Numbered from the stretch's first letter, positions 30,050 through 38,781 are shown. The stretch: DNA of 50,588 nucleotides from an uncultured Methanomassiliicoccales archaeon (GCA_938004075.1 CALKWP010000127.1:1-50588), one strand, 5' to 3'. Made by a program: numbers and translations. The notes: a model not told the origin generated them from the sequence alone.

Positions 30050-30420
30050 TAATGCCCGGACAATGGGGTTGGACGGTGCCGTACTCCAGAGCCGGGTTGT
30101 GTGCCGATTTAAACACCTCCCCGGGCTCACGCCCGAGGCTTCCTAAGTATGAGCTCAATTGTCACCAACCCGGTTCAGGAAACCGGGTCACGAACCCGGC
30201 CTCGGATGTTGTTATGCGGGAATCAGCCGGGGCATGATGAAGTTGGCCGGTGCCAGATGAAATCCTCTGGATGAGTCGCATATTCTCGGTAGCATGCCTC
30301 GCCTGTGAGGGCGGGGTCGGTGACAGTACCAATTTCAAAAATCAATCCAAGCCCCGGCTGTAAGGCCCGGGTATGAGACCGGAAAAACGTTCACTGGGTC
30401 ACGTGGCCAACCAACTTTTT
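30050..30420. ncRNA. Candidate structured non-coding RNA (class unassigned) between two tRNA genes
   Basis: A GC-rich stretch of about 370 nt with no credible ORF. It is dense in helices:
- CCCGG/CCGGG/CCCGG alternative pairings at 30169-30200
- CCAGA...TCTGG at 30253-30270
- hairpin 30296-30317
- 10-bp long-range pair CAGCCGGGGC (30224-33) / GCCCCGGCTG (30351-60)
- TGTCACC (30160-66) / GGTGACA (30319-25)

It ends in a T-run (30416-20). I could not find the SRP helix-8 (GNAR + AGCA) or RNase P CR-I (GGAAAGUCC) signatures. Confidence 0.35.
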
Positions 30421-30436
30421 AGGGGTAAAAAGTTGA

Positions 30437-30510
30437 AGCCACTGGGGAGATTCGAACTCCCGACCTGCTGATTACAAGTCAGCCGCGCTACCGAGCTATG
30501 CCACAGTGGC
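30437..30510 (-). tRNA. tRNA-Thr(TGT): tRNA-Thr(TGT)
   Basis: The reverse complement reads GCCACTG TG GCATAGCTCGGTAGCGC G GCTGA CTTGTAA TCAGC AGGTC GGGAG TTCGAAT CTCCC CAGTGGC T. The acceptor, anticodon arm (anticodon TGT) and T-arm are canonical. The D-stem is weaker, with an A12-C23 mismatch. Confidence 0.85.
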
Positions 30511-30526
30511 TTATTGTTTGCGTATG

Positions 30527-30650
30527 AATGGCCACTGTGCTTGTCGCGCGGCTGCTTGTCAAGTCTGCCCCGAGACGACGAAGTCGTCGAGGCATGGCCG
30601 ATTCCCGCAGGGATTCGACCAGGGCGCTACCGAGCTATGCCACAGTGTCC
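30527..30650 (-). pseudogene. Mosaic tRNA-derived fragment (duplicate of the tRNA-Thr 5' part fused to unrelated tRNA-like pieces)
   Basis: The 24-nt direct repeat GCGCTACCGAGCTATGCCACAGTG occurs at 30485-30508 and 30624-30647, and corresponds to the 5' acceptor plus D-arm of tRNA-Thr. The downstream piece TCGAATCCCTGCGGGAAT looks like a T-loop/T-stem/acceptor 3' part of another tRNA. GGCCACTGTG (30530-39) is an inverted copy of the acceptor. A perfect hairpin GACGAC-GAA-GTCGTC lies at about 30574-30588. No cloverleaf can be folded. Confidence 0.4.
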
Positions 30651-30731
30651 AAAGGCGGCGCAAGCCACCAAGGAAACATGATAGGATTGATGTATAAAAA
30701 ACTCACACAGCAGTGAATTGAGGTAATAGCC

Positions 30732-31616
30732 CTATTTTCCTCCGTACACCTGGCACCCGTCCTTCTTCACGGTCTTCCTGAACACGGTCAGGAGCTTCTT
30801 GAACACAGGCCCGGGCTTCCCTGTTCCGATGACTCTCCCATCTATCTTGACCACGGGGATGAGTTCTGCCGCGGTGCCGGTCAGGAAGCATTCCTCCGCG
30901 TTGTAGATGTCATGGCGGGTGAGAGTCTTCTTCTCGCATACGTATCCCAGCTGGTTAGCCATGCGGATGACCGAGCTTCTTGTGATGCCGGCAAGCGCGC
31001 CGTCCGATGTGGGCGGGGTCTGCAGGACCTGGTCCTTGAGTATGAATATGTTGTCTCCAGTTCCCTCGGTGACGTAGCCCTGGGAGTTCAGCAGGATGCC
31101 TTCAGGCGAGCCGACGTTGTTCGCCTCTATCTTCGCCATCACGTTGTTGAGGTAATTGAGGGATTTTATCTTGGGATTGATGGCCTCCGCCATGTTCCTG
31201 GTCGTCGGGACCGTCACGACCTCCAATCCCTTGGTGTAATATCCCTCGGGGAACATCTGAATCTTGTCGACAATGATTATGACAGTGGCTTTCGGGCATT
31301 TCCTCGGGTCAAGTCCAAGGTCGCCGACGCCCCTCGTGACCATTAGCCGGATGTAGCAGTCCTTGAATCCGTTCCTTCTCACTGTCTCGACGCACGCATC
31401 CCTCATCTCATCCAGCGTCAGCGGTATCTGCAGCATGATGGTCTTCGCGGATTCGTAGAGCCGTTCGAGGTGGGAATCCAGCCGGAAGATGTTTCCCTCG
31501 TATACCCGTATGCCCTCGAAAATGCCGTCGCCGTAAAGAAGCCCGTGGTCATATACAGATATCCTGGCATTCGATTTTCCGAAATACTTGCCGTCGATGT
31601 AGATGGTGTTTTCCAT
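30732..31616 (-). CDS. ilvE: Branched-chain amino acid aminotransferase (class IV fold)
   Basis: IYIDGKYF...ARISVYDHGLLYGDGIFEGIRVYEGNIFRLDSHLERLYESAK is typical IlvE. The ATG at 31616 is preceded by AGGTGA. The ORF-track start at 31625 is a GTG inside that SD. Confidence 0.9.
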   Translation of the reverse strand: MENTIYIDGKYFGKSNARISVYDHGLLYGDGIFEGIRVYEGNIFRLDSHLERLYESAKTIMLQIPLTLDEMRDACVETVRRNGFKDCYIRLMVTRGVGDLGLDPRKCPKATVIIIVDKIQMFPEGYYTKGLEVVTVPTTRNMAEAINPKIKSLNYLNNVMAKIEANNVGSPEGILLNSQGYVTEGTGDNIFILKDQVLQTPPTSDGALAGITRSSVIRMANQLGYVCEKKTLTRHDIYNAEECFLTGTAAELIPVVKIDGRVIGTGKPGPVFKKLLTVFRKTVKKDGCQVYGGK

Positions 31617-31635
31617 GCAAATCACCTGCTGTCAA

Positions 31636-32718
31636 TCACTTTCTGTCCGGGAGATATGGAATCAGGGATGTGGCAAATGCCCCGATAGTCCTTGTCTGGA
31701 GCAGCACTTTTCCAGGTCCGACCAGGTCCGTCACGAGGCCTTCGCCGCTCAGTATGGTGGATTTCCAGTTTCCCACTCTGCGGACGGAGAATTGCATGGT
31801 GTCGGGGAAAGCGACCAGGTGGCCGGTGTCAACAGACAGGATTTCCCCGGGCTGCAGGTCCTTTTCGATTATGGCTCCGAAGGATGTCACCCAGACTTTG
31901 CCCGGGCCGGATGCCCTGAGCATGACGAAGTCGCGCTCCGAAAGGAATCCCTTGAGGCCCTGCCATTTCGTGTCCAGCGTGACTGTTGGATAAGAAGCCA
32001 GGAACGCCCCGCTCTGGAGTATCATTGAGTTTGTTGTCGTGTCCAGCGCTCTGATGTCGCCCATTGTCGGGCCGACCAATGCAAGCTCGCCGGCTCCCCG
32101 TGCAGCGGTGTAAGTGTTCACGAAGAACGATTCTCCGCCCAGGAGAGCGGTGGTCAAACCGCCCTTGCGGCCGTGCGTTTCGATGTCTATGGTGTTGTGC
32201 ATGTACATCATCGCGCCTTTCTCAGTTAGCACCTTTTGTCCGGGTTTCAGGGTGAATATGAGCACGGAGAATGATGGTGAATTCTCGATGCGGCAAACCA
32301 GGTCGGCGCCCATGGGCTGCAGCTGCGCTTGATATTGAGGCGGCGCCTGTTGCGCGTGTGCCTGGTACTGCGGCTGCTGGTGGTACTGGGGCTGCTTTGC
32401 CGGTTGCTGGTACTGAGCATGCGCGGCGGGCTGTTGCTGGTATTGCTGCTGTGCCGGTTGCTGGTAATGAGCAGGTTGCTGTTGCTGGCCTTGATGTGCC
32501 TGATAATGCGGCTGGCTCTGCGGGTGTTGCGCCTGCGGCTGATACTGGGGCTGGGCATGGGGCTGATGAGCGGGCTGCTGGTAATGCGGCTGCCCCTGGG
32601 GGTGCGCCTGTGGTTGGGCTGCGACAGGCTGCTTGTATGCCTGGCAGGTGTGGCAGTACCACTGTTGATATTGCTGTACATAACTCAGGGGGTTCGAACA
32701 TGTTGGGCATTTGTTCAT
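31636..32718 (-). CDS. AIM24/TIGR00266-family protein with N-terminal zinc ribbon and a Q/P/H/A-rich linker of about 110 aa
   Basis: N-terminal CPTC...(15)...CHTC zinc ribbon. Low-complexity PQ/HQ/AQ tract at about 32300-32640. The C-terminal 230 aa (FSVLIFTLKPGQKVLTEKGAMMYM...GESFFVNTYTA...LSERDFVMLRASGPGKVWVTSFGAI...VDTGHLVAF) matches the AIM24/DUF124 pattern. Confidence 0.7.
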   Translation of the reverse strand: MNKCPTCSNPLSYVQQYQQWYCHTCQAYKQPVAAQPQAHPQGQPHYQQPAHQPHAQPQYQPQAQHPQSQPHYQAHQGQQQQPAHYQQPAQQQYQQQPAAHAQYQQPAKQPQYHQQPQYQAHAQQAPPQYQAQLQPMGADLVCRIENSPSFSVLIFTLKPGQKVLTEKGAMMYMHNTIDIETHGRKGGLTTALLGGESFFVNTYTAARGAGELALVGPTMGDIRALDTTTNSMILQSGAFLASYPTVTLDTKWQGLKGFLSERDFVMLRASGPGKVWVTSFGAIIEKDLQPGEILSVDTGHLVAFPDTMQFSVRRVGNWKSTILSGEGLVTDLVGPGKVLLQTRTIGAFATSLIPYLPDRK

Positions 32719-32816
32719 GAATTCATCTCCAATTATAATCTAAAACGGAATAACCGAACAGGGATAAAAACCTATGTCGGGCAATAGATATTTAGCCTGC
32801 AGGCAATCGCCGTTGC

Positions 32817-34130
32817 ATGGCAATTCGAAAATTCGGCGCATTCAGTTACATCAGCCGGAATGTGAGGTGGCGCAGCCTCAGGTCTGCCATCACCATAATC
32901 GGGATTTCCGTTGTCATAGCGTTTTTCATTCTTTTTGCATCCATAAGCCAGGGCTTGAAAGACGACATCATGGCAGAGATTTCCAGGCAGGAAGCCGCGC
33001 TGGCCGAGCAACGCTCTGGTTACATCACCCTGATGAACATGGACCCGTTCAACATGGACATGTTCAATGACACGGAGCTGAACGCGCTGGACACCTTCAT
33101 CGGCGATTATTGTGCAGAGCGCAACACAACCGGAGAGGTCTATCCCCTGGCGATCAATTTCCTGGAATCCGCTGAGGCCGGTTCCGAGGATATGTTCATA
33201 CTGTTCGGCATCGACCCCGAGAAAGGCATAAAGTACGATTTCATAAATTTCAACGCCGAGACCGCCAATGTCCAGGGGCAATTTCTGAGCTCGGACACGG
33301 ATGCGCAGGTGATACTTGGGAACAGCGTCTGGAAGACCAATTACCCCGGCACGAAGGTGGGAGATGTCATCGAAGTGAAGACGCTATCGTTCATGGATGG
33401 CGGGGCGACCACGATAAGGAACGTCACAATCACCGGGATACTGGAACCCAGCATTGTTTACAATAATTTTGCTGCGATGCCTATCCACTTTCTCCTCAAC
33501 CAGACCGGGCTTTACGATGCCCAGGCCGGCGAGTACAGCTATTTCTTCATCTCGGTTTACATCGATGACGCCTCGCTGATCGATTTTTCCGAGGTGAAAG
33601 CCGGAATCAGGGACATCACCGGAATTAATGACAGGGGCATAAGCGACAATGAGAATTACATCAAGCGCACGATACTGGCGCATGAGAAGGAGATTGAGAA
33701 GCAGGAGGAGATGCGCAGAACGATTGACGGCTGGCTTCTGGCGGTGATACTGTTGCTCAGCATCATCACTGTGGTGGGCATCAGCAACACCATGCTGATG
33801 AGCGTCACCGAGCGCCGAAGGGAGATCGGCACGCTGAAAGCGGTCGGAATCCAGAAATCGAAGATCTACCAGATAGTCCTGGGCGAGGCCCTGCTGCTTG
33901 CCGCGCTATCGCTTGTTATCGGCGGCATAATAGGTCTGGCTTTGACTGCAATTTTCGATTACCAGTACGAGGCGGAGGCCGGCGGCATCTTCTTCGCTCC
34001 CACATCCTTGACCCCGTTTGTCTTCCTCTACGTTGTCGGCATTAGCCTTGGGGTGTCCATGCTTGCCGCACTTTATCCTGCATGGAGGGCTGCCCGCCTG
34101 GAGCCCACGGAGGCGTTGCGCTATGAGTGA
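32817..34130 (+). CDS. ABC transporter permease, FtsX/MacB-like
   Basis: 437 aa. An N-terminal TM segment is followed by a large extracytoplasmic domain and a C-terminal FtsX-type 3-TM bundle (ISNTMLMSVTERRREIGTLKAVG...[19 protein letters not shown]). Confidence 0.85.
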   Translation: MAIRKFGAFSYISRNVRWRSLRSAITIIGISVVIAFFILFASISQGLKDDIMAEISRQEAALAEQRSGYITLMNMDPFNMDMFNDTELNALDTFIGDYCAERNTTGEVYPLAINFLESAEAGSEDMFILFGIDPEKGIKYDFINFNAETANVQGQFLSSDTDAQVILGNSVWKTNYPGTKVGDVIEVKTLSFMDGGATTIRNVTITGILEPSIVYNNFAAMPIHFLLNQTGLYDAQAGEYSYFFISVYIDDASLIDFSEVKAGIRDITGINDRGISDNENYIKRTILAHEKEIEKQEEMRRTIDGWLLAVILLLSIITVVGISNTMLMSVTERRREIGTLKAVGIQKSKIYQIVLGEALLLAALSLVIGGIIGLALTAIFDYQYEAEAGGIFFAPTSLTPFVFLYVVGISLGVSMLAALYPAWRAARLEPTEALRYE

Positions 34131-34791
34131 TGCCATAATCCAGGCCAGAAAGATATGCAAGACCTACCGCATGGGCAAGGTTGACATCAGGGCGGTTGAG
34201 AACATTGACCTTGACATCGCGAAGGGCAGTTTCACATCACTGGCGGGGGCAAGCGGCGCCGGGAAATCGACGCTGCTGCACATCATCGGATGCCTTGACC
34301 GCCCCACGTCCGGCGATGTATCCATCAACGGGCTCGAGATTGCCAGGATGAGCGATTCCGAGCTGACAAAGTTCCGCAGCAGGAATCTCGGGTTCGTGTT
34401 CCAGTTCTTCAATCTCATTCCCACGCTGACTGCTCTGGAGAATGTCCTGGTGCCGACAATGTTCGACAGGGACCAGGACCGCGAAAGGGCACTGAAGCTC
34501 CTGGGCCAGGTCGGCCTTTCTGGCAGGACCGAGCATCACCCTGGAGAACTCAGCGGCGGGGAGCGGCAGAGGGTGGCCATCGCAAGAGCGCTGATCAACG
34601 ACCCCCCGATAATCCTGGCTGACGAGCCGACAGGCAACCTGGATTCCCAGACCGGGCTCGAGATAATCGAGCTGTTCAGGCAGTTGAACAGGCAGGGCAA
34701 GACAATCGTTCTGGTGACTCATGAGAAGGATGTCGCCAGTTACGCAGACAGAGTCATTACATTGAAGGACGGGAGGTTGCTGGATGTCTAG
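34123..34791 (+). CDS. ABC transporter ATP-binding protein (MacB/LolD-like)
   Basis: Walker [11 protein letters not shown]-loop, signature LSGGERQR, Walker B ILADEPT. ATG 34123 overlaps the permease stop (ATGAGTGA). The ORF-track start at 34018 lies inside the permease gene. Confidence 0.9.
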
Positions 34792-35779
34792 AAAGAGAAT
34801 CGACCCGCTGGAGCCGGTTTCAGTATGGTCCGAGAAGGATATGGTTGAGGGAAAAATCGAGGACGCGCTCGTGGTGATAATCAGGAGCCGGGGCTGCTAC
34901 TGGGCCAGGCAGTCCGGGTGCCTGATGTGCGGGTACAACAATGATTGCACTGACGGGGTGACTGCAGAAGACCTGGTCATCCAGTTCGGAAAGGCCATGG
35001 AGAGGCATTCCGGCCAGAATTACATAAAGATTTACACGTCAGGCAGCTTCCTGGACCCCAGGGAGGTCGAGCCAGCCGCCAGGGACAGGATTCTTGAATT
35101 GGCAGGCGCCAGATCAGGCAAGGTTCTGGTGGAATCAAGGCCGGAGTTCGTGAACACGGAGTCTTTGGCATCCGCATACAGGTTCGTGAAGCACCTGGAG
35201 ATAGCCATCGGCCTGGAAACGGCCGATGACGGGCTTCGAGCCAGAAGCATCAACAAGGGTTTCCTGTTCAGGGACTTCGAGAGGGCCTGCAAGGCGGCCA
35301 GCGAGTCCGAAGCCAGCATTCGGACATACCTGCTCCTGAAGCCGCCATATGTCTCAGAATCCCAGGCAATTCTGGACGTTGTGGAATCCGCCCGAAAGGC
35401 CGGCCCCATGAGCCAGACCATTTCCATCAACCCGGTCAACGTGCAGCGCGGCACCAGGGTGGAGGAGATGTGGAAGAAAGGCCAATACAGGCCGCCATGG
35501 CTCTGGAGCCTGGTCGAAGCAATGAGGAAAGCCGGGGAAGTGACTGACGCCAGGATAGTTTCGGCGCCTTCCGGCGGCGGCTCCAGAAGGGGCGCTCACA
35601 ATTGCGGGAAATGCGACGATGCAATCCTGAAAGCTGTGGAAACATCCTCTCTGGGCGGCGGGATGGAGGCTTTGATAATGCCGAAATGCTCATGCCACGA
35701 AAGATGGCTGGACTACCTGGAAGTCGAACCATTCATGGGTTCCGTCGGGGACATCGAGAAGCTTGCCGAACCGCAATGA
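34784..35779 (+). CDS. Radical SAM protein, TIGR01210/RaSEA-like (possible archaeosine biosynthesis partner)
   Basis: VVIIRSRGCYWARQSGCLMCGY is the cysteine cluster typical of this archaeal family. The start overlaps the upstream stop by 8 nt. The family assignment is from memory of the motif and was not searched. Confidence 0.6.
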   Translation: MSRKRIDPLEPVSVWSEKDMVEGKIEDALVVIIRSRGCYWARQSGCLMCGYNNDCTDGVTAEDLVIQFGKAMERHSGQNYIKIYTSGSFLDPREVEPAARDRILELAGARSGKVLVESRPEFVNTESLASAYRFVKHLEIAIGLETADDGLRARSINKGFLFRDFERACKAASESEASIRTYLLLKPPYVSESQAILDVVESARKAGPMSQTISINPVNVQRGTRVEEMWKKGQYRPPWLWSLVEAMRKAGEVTDARIVSAPSGGGSRRGAHNCGKCDDAILKAVETSSLGGGMEALIMPKCSCHERWLDYLEVEPFMGSVGDIEKLAEPQ

Positions 35780-35808
35780 TTTTGTATGCTCGCGGGATTG
35801 GTTCCGGC

Positions 35809-36285
35809 ATGTCTGTATTATCTGATGGCGGAATACTGAAGGCGATGAAGGGCGGGGAGCTGGCAATCGAGAATTTCATCGAGAAGAACCTCACTCCGAA
35901 CGGGTACGATCTCACGATATCCGAGATCAAGGTCGGCCAGGAAGGGGAGACCCGGAAAGCCGGCGATGTGACAATCCCGCCGGGCGCATGGTTCGCGGTA
36001 AGCACACTTGAGTACATCAAATGCGGGCCGCAGATAACTACCCAGCTATGGATACGCACCTCCTGGGCCAGAAAGGGAATCATCTCCAGCTTCGGCAAGG
36101 TCGATGCCGGTTTTGAAGGGACTCTGACCTTGTCCGCTCACAATTCATCGGACCGGGAAGTCGTCATCCCCATTGGCCAGAGATTCGCACAGATTGTTTT
36201 CGAGCGTCTTGATGCGCCATCGGAGAAGGTGTACGCCCAGCGCTCCGGGAACTATCAGGGGCAGAGAGGGGTGAAGCTGTCGTGA
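35809..36285 (+). CDS. dcd: dCTP deaminase / dUTPase-fold protein
   Basis: MSVLSDGGILKAMKGGELAIENF...LTPNGYDLTISEI...GFEGTLTLSAHN...GQRFAQIVFE follows the Dcd/Dut pattern. The ORF-track start at 35602 overlaps the radical SAM gene, so the internal ATG 35809 is chosen. Confidence 0.75.
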   Translation: MSVLSDGGILKAMKGGELAIENFIEKNLTPNGYDLTISEIKVGQEGETRKAGDVTIPPGAWFAVSTLEYIKCGPQITTQLWIRTSWARKGIISSFGKVDAGFEGTLTLSAHNSSDREVVIPIGQRFAQIVFERLDAPSEKVYAQRSGNYQGQRGVKLS

Positions 36286-36983
36286 TACGGGCGGTGCTAT
36301 TCGACCTGGGGGACACCCTGATAACTGCCAGGGACACCGAGGAAACCTTTCAAATCATACTTCGGGAGAAAGGCGTGGATGTGAGCCTGGAAGACATCAG
36401 GAAGGCCCATGCCGCTGCAACCGAGACGTTCGTGAAAGAGCACAAGGACATGAGGCCGCCGGACGCAAGGGACTTCAACGAGATTTACGCCAAGTGGAAT
36501 GACGCGGTAGTCAGGGAACTCGGCCTGAAAAAGAAAGGCCTGGGCAAGTACATCAACCAGCGCTGGTTCCAGGTCGTCGGGCTTCAAGCGTACGATGATT
36601 CCGCCCCTGTCCTGGGCAGGCTATCGGCAATGGGCCTGCGCATCGGCATCGTGACCAACGGGTACCGCGAGGAGATCGACGAGATATTCAGCATCATTGG
36701 CGGGCCTATGAAAAGCCGAATGTTCGATGTCATTGTGGGCCGCGATACCGCAGGCGCCAGCAAGCCGGACCCGCGGCCGTTCCTGCACGCCGCCGGAACG
36801 CTCGGCCTCCGCCCGGACGAGGTCATGCATGTGGGCGACAGGTACGATAAAGACTACATCGGCGCGCAGGGCGCTGGCATGGTCCCGGTGCTCATCCTCC
36901 GGGGAAGAAAGGTGCCGGCCGGGGTTCCGGACGATGTGACCACCATCCAGACGCTTGACGAACTGGTAAATCTCATTCGATGA
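36282..36983 (+). CDS. HAD-superfamily hydrolase (subfamily IA-like)
   Basis: Motif I FDLGDTL, motif II VTNG, motif IV GDRYDKDYIGA. The GTG start overlaps the dcd stop (GTGA). Confidence 0.8.
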   Translation: MIRAVLFDLGDTLITARDTEETFQIILREKGVDVSLEDIRKAHAAATETFVKEHKDMRPPDARDFNEIYAKWNDAVVRELGLKKKGLGKYINQRWFQVVGLQAYDDSAPVLGRLSAMGLRIGIVTNGYREEIDEIFSIIGGPMKSRMFDVIVGRDTAGASKPDPRPFLHAAGTLGLRPDEVMHVGDRYDKDYIGAQGAGMVPVLILRGRKVPAGVPDDVTTIQTLDELVNLIR

Positions 36984-37977
36984 CCAGCAGGTCGAAGCAA
37001 TACATTTTCTGGGTGGGCGAATAGGTGTGGACCTCATGCACCTTCCCGAATTTCAGCTTCCTCTTCTTCGATTGAGCCAGATGCAGTATCCCTTTCTCGA
37101 TTATCTTCAGGGTATCAGATTCGAGTATGAGGTAGAGATGTATCGTCCCGCCGGGATTAACGACATCCAGTGCCACGTCCAGGAAGTCTATCGCCGTATG
37201 CGGGAGGTTCATGATAATCCGGTCCGGCCTCGGGAGCTGGGGCGCTATGTCCCTGGCGTCGCCCAGCATGGGGGAAACGCATTTAATCTTATTTAATTTT
37301 ATATTTTCAATTATATATTTTATCGCTTCCGGATTCTTGTCAATCGCGTAGACGCTCCCGGGCTTTCCCGTCGCTGCCAGCATGATGGAGAATGGCCCGA
37401 CGCCGCAGAACATATCAAGTATCCGCTCGCCGGGCTTGCACAGATCGGCGATGCGCTTCCTCTCGGTTGCCAGCCTGGGGGAGAAATATACATTGGCGAG
37501 GTCCATGCCGTACCGGTAGCCGTATTCCTTCTGCACCGTTGTTGTGCGATTCTCCCCTGCCAGTATCTCCAGGTCGCGGGTGCGGTACTCGCCCTTCACG
37601 CCCCTGTCGATCGTTACCACTTTTGCATTCTTGCTGGTCTCCAGCAGCGCCTCGGCAATGTCCCTGGCGTGAGGCAGAAGCTCATCTATGAGTTTGAGAA
37701 CGAAGATATCTCCCACTATGTCGAACGAGCTTGGGAGCAGCTCCATGAGTCCGGGAGGCAGCGTCAGAAGCTCAGTGTAATGCCTGGGGCGCTGCAATTC
37801 CTCCAGGTCCATCTCCTGAACCGGGTGGCAGAGACCCTGCGGGTCCGTGATGGGAAGGAAAACCCTGTGGCCATCATTGAGTATCTTGACGTCCATCCTC
37901 AGCACGCCCGCCTCTGAAAGCTTTTTACGTATGTTCTCCCCTTCCTCCTTGGGAACGATGACGCACAGACACTTCAT
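36973..37977 (-). CDS. trm5: tRNA (guanine37-N1)-methyltransferase Trm5 / Taw2-type class I SAM methyltransferase
   Basis: The Met-10+-like architecture includes FDIVGDIFVLKL, YFSPRLATERKRI, SAM motif ILDMFCGVGPFSI and catalytic NLPH. Confidence 0.8.
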   Translation of the reverse strand: MKCLCVIVPKEEGENIRKKLSEAGVLRMDVKILNDGHRVFLPITDPQGLCHPVQEMDLEELQRPRHYTELLTLPPGLMELLPSSFDIVGDIFVLKLIDELLPHARDIAEALLETSKNAKVVTIDRGVKGEYRTRDLEILAGENRTTTVQKEYGYRYGMDLANVYFSPRLATERKRIADLCKPGERILDMFCGVGPFSIMLAATGKPGSVYAIDKNPEAIKYIIENIKLNKIKCVSPMLGDARDIAPQLPRPDRIIMNLPHTAIDFLDVALDVVNPGGTIHLYLILESDTLKIIEKGILHLAQSKKRKLKFGKVHEVHTYSPTQKMYCFDLLVIE

Positions 37978-37986
37978 GGTGGTGAC

Positions 37987-38781
37987 ATGGCGAAGCTAAT
38001 ATTCATAGGTTTGGGGCTTGGCAACGAGAAAGGCATTACTCTCAAAGGCCTGGAGGCCGCAAAGAACTGCGATCTCCTTTTCATGGAGAATTACACTTCC
38101 ATACTGGAGGAGGGGAGCATAGCGCGGCTGGAGAGGCAGCTTGGGAAGACGATACAGGTCCTTGGCAGGGCGGACGTGGAGACCGGCGGGACAGTATTGG
38201 AGATGGCCGGGATCAAAACGGTCGGCTTCCTTGTCCCCGGGGACGCAATGAGCGCGACGACGCACGTTGACATGCGCCTGAGGGCCATCGCCCTGGGCAT
38301 CGACACCGAGGTGATAGGCGGCGTCTCGGCCTTCACGGCCATCCCCGGCATGCTTGGCCTCCAGAACTACAAGTTCGGCCGAACCGTGACGATACCGCTT
38401 CCCGAACCGAATTACAAGCCCACCAGCTTCTATGAGAAGGCCCATGAGAACTTCAAGCTGGGGATGCACACCCTCTGCCTGCTGGACATACAGCAGGACA
38501 AGGGGAAGTTCATGACCGCCAACCAGGCACTGGACGTCCTGGAGGCCATTGAAGAGGACCTGGGCAAAGATTTCATGACCCCGGAACGGTTGGTCTGCGT
38601 CGTCGCCCGAGCCGGTTCGGAGGATTGCCTGGCAAGGGCCGGGCACCTGAAGGACATGCTGAAGGAGGACTTCGGCCCCCCGCTGCATTCGATAGTCATC
38701 CCCGGGGAACTGCACTTCTTGGAGGCAAAGGCGCTGGTGGAGCTGGCGGGGGCACCAAGGAACATACTGGAAGAGGATTGA
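37987..38781 (+). CDS. dphB: Diphthine synthase
   Basis: LIFIGLGLGNEKGITLKGLEAAKNCDLLFMENYTS...GDAMSATTH...NYKFGRTVTIP is the typical archaeal DphB tetrapyrrole-methylase fold. A GGTGGTGA SD precedes the start. Confidence 0.9.
   Translation: MAKLIFIGLGLGNEKGITLKGLEAAKNCDLLFMENYTSILEEGSIARLERQLGKTIQVLGRADVETGGTVLEMAGIKTVGFLVPGDAMSATTHVDMRLRAIALGIDTEVIGGVSAFTAIPGMLGLQNYKFGRTVTIPLPEPNYKPTSFYEKAHENFKLGMHTLCLLDIQQDKGKFMTANQALDVLEAIEEDLGKDFMTPERLVCVVARAGSEDCLARAGHLKDMLKEDFGPPLHSIVIPGELHFLEAKALVELAGAPRNILEED

Noticed and set aside
29784-30237. ORFs 29784..30158 (-), 29899..30237 (+) and 29906..30130 (-) over the tRNA-Arg intron and the structured region.
   Set aside because: They overlap a tRNA gene and a helix-dense GC-rich region, have no SD or TATA context, and have arginine/proline-rich shadow composition.
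30050-30420. Calling this region SRP (7S) RNA or RNase P RNA.
   Set aside because: By eye I could not find the helix-8 GNAR tetraloop with AGCA, the Alu-domain UGUAA-type loops, or the RNase P GGAAAGUCC / ACAGAA..GGCUUA motifs in a consistent order. It is kept only as an unclassified candidate.
30527-30650. Interpreting the second tRNA-Thr-like sequence as a functional intron-containing tRNA.
   Set aside because: No anticodon arm or T-arm with proper pairing can be assembled from the pieces under any intron placement I tried. Only a 10-bp closing helix with one mismatch is present.
32222-32787. Multiple ORFs in both orientations over the Q/P-rich tract (32222..32710 -, 32247..32681 -, 32271..32720 +, 32329..32787 +).
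   Set aside because: They are low-complexity translations of the same repetitive DNA. Only the frame giving the zinc ribbon plus the AIM24 domain is coherent.
34018-34122. Upstream extensions of the ORF-track starts for the ABC ATPase (34018), dcd (35602), ilvE (31625), the immunity-like genes (40144, 46941) and the GTPase (26040).
   Set aside because: The extensions overlap the preceding gene or a promoter element, while internal ATGs have SD motifs or stop-start overlaps (ATGAGTGA, TAATG, GGAGGG-N8-ATG). The exact starts remain predictions.
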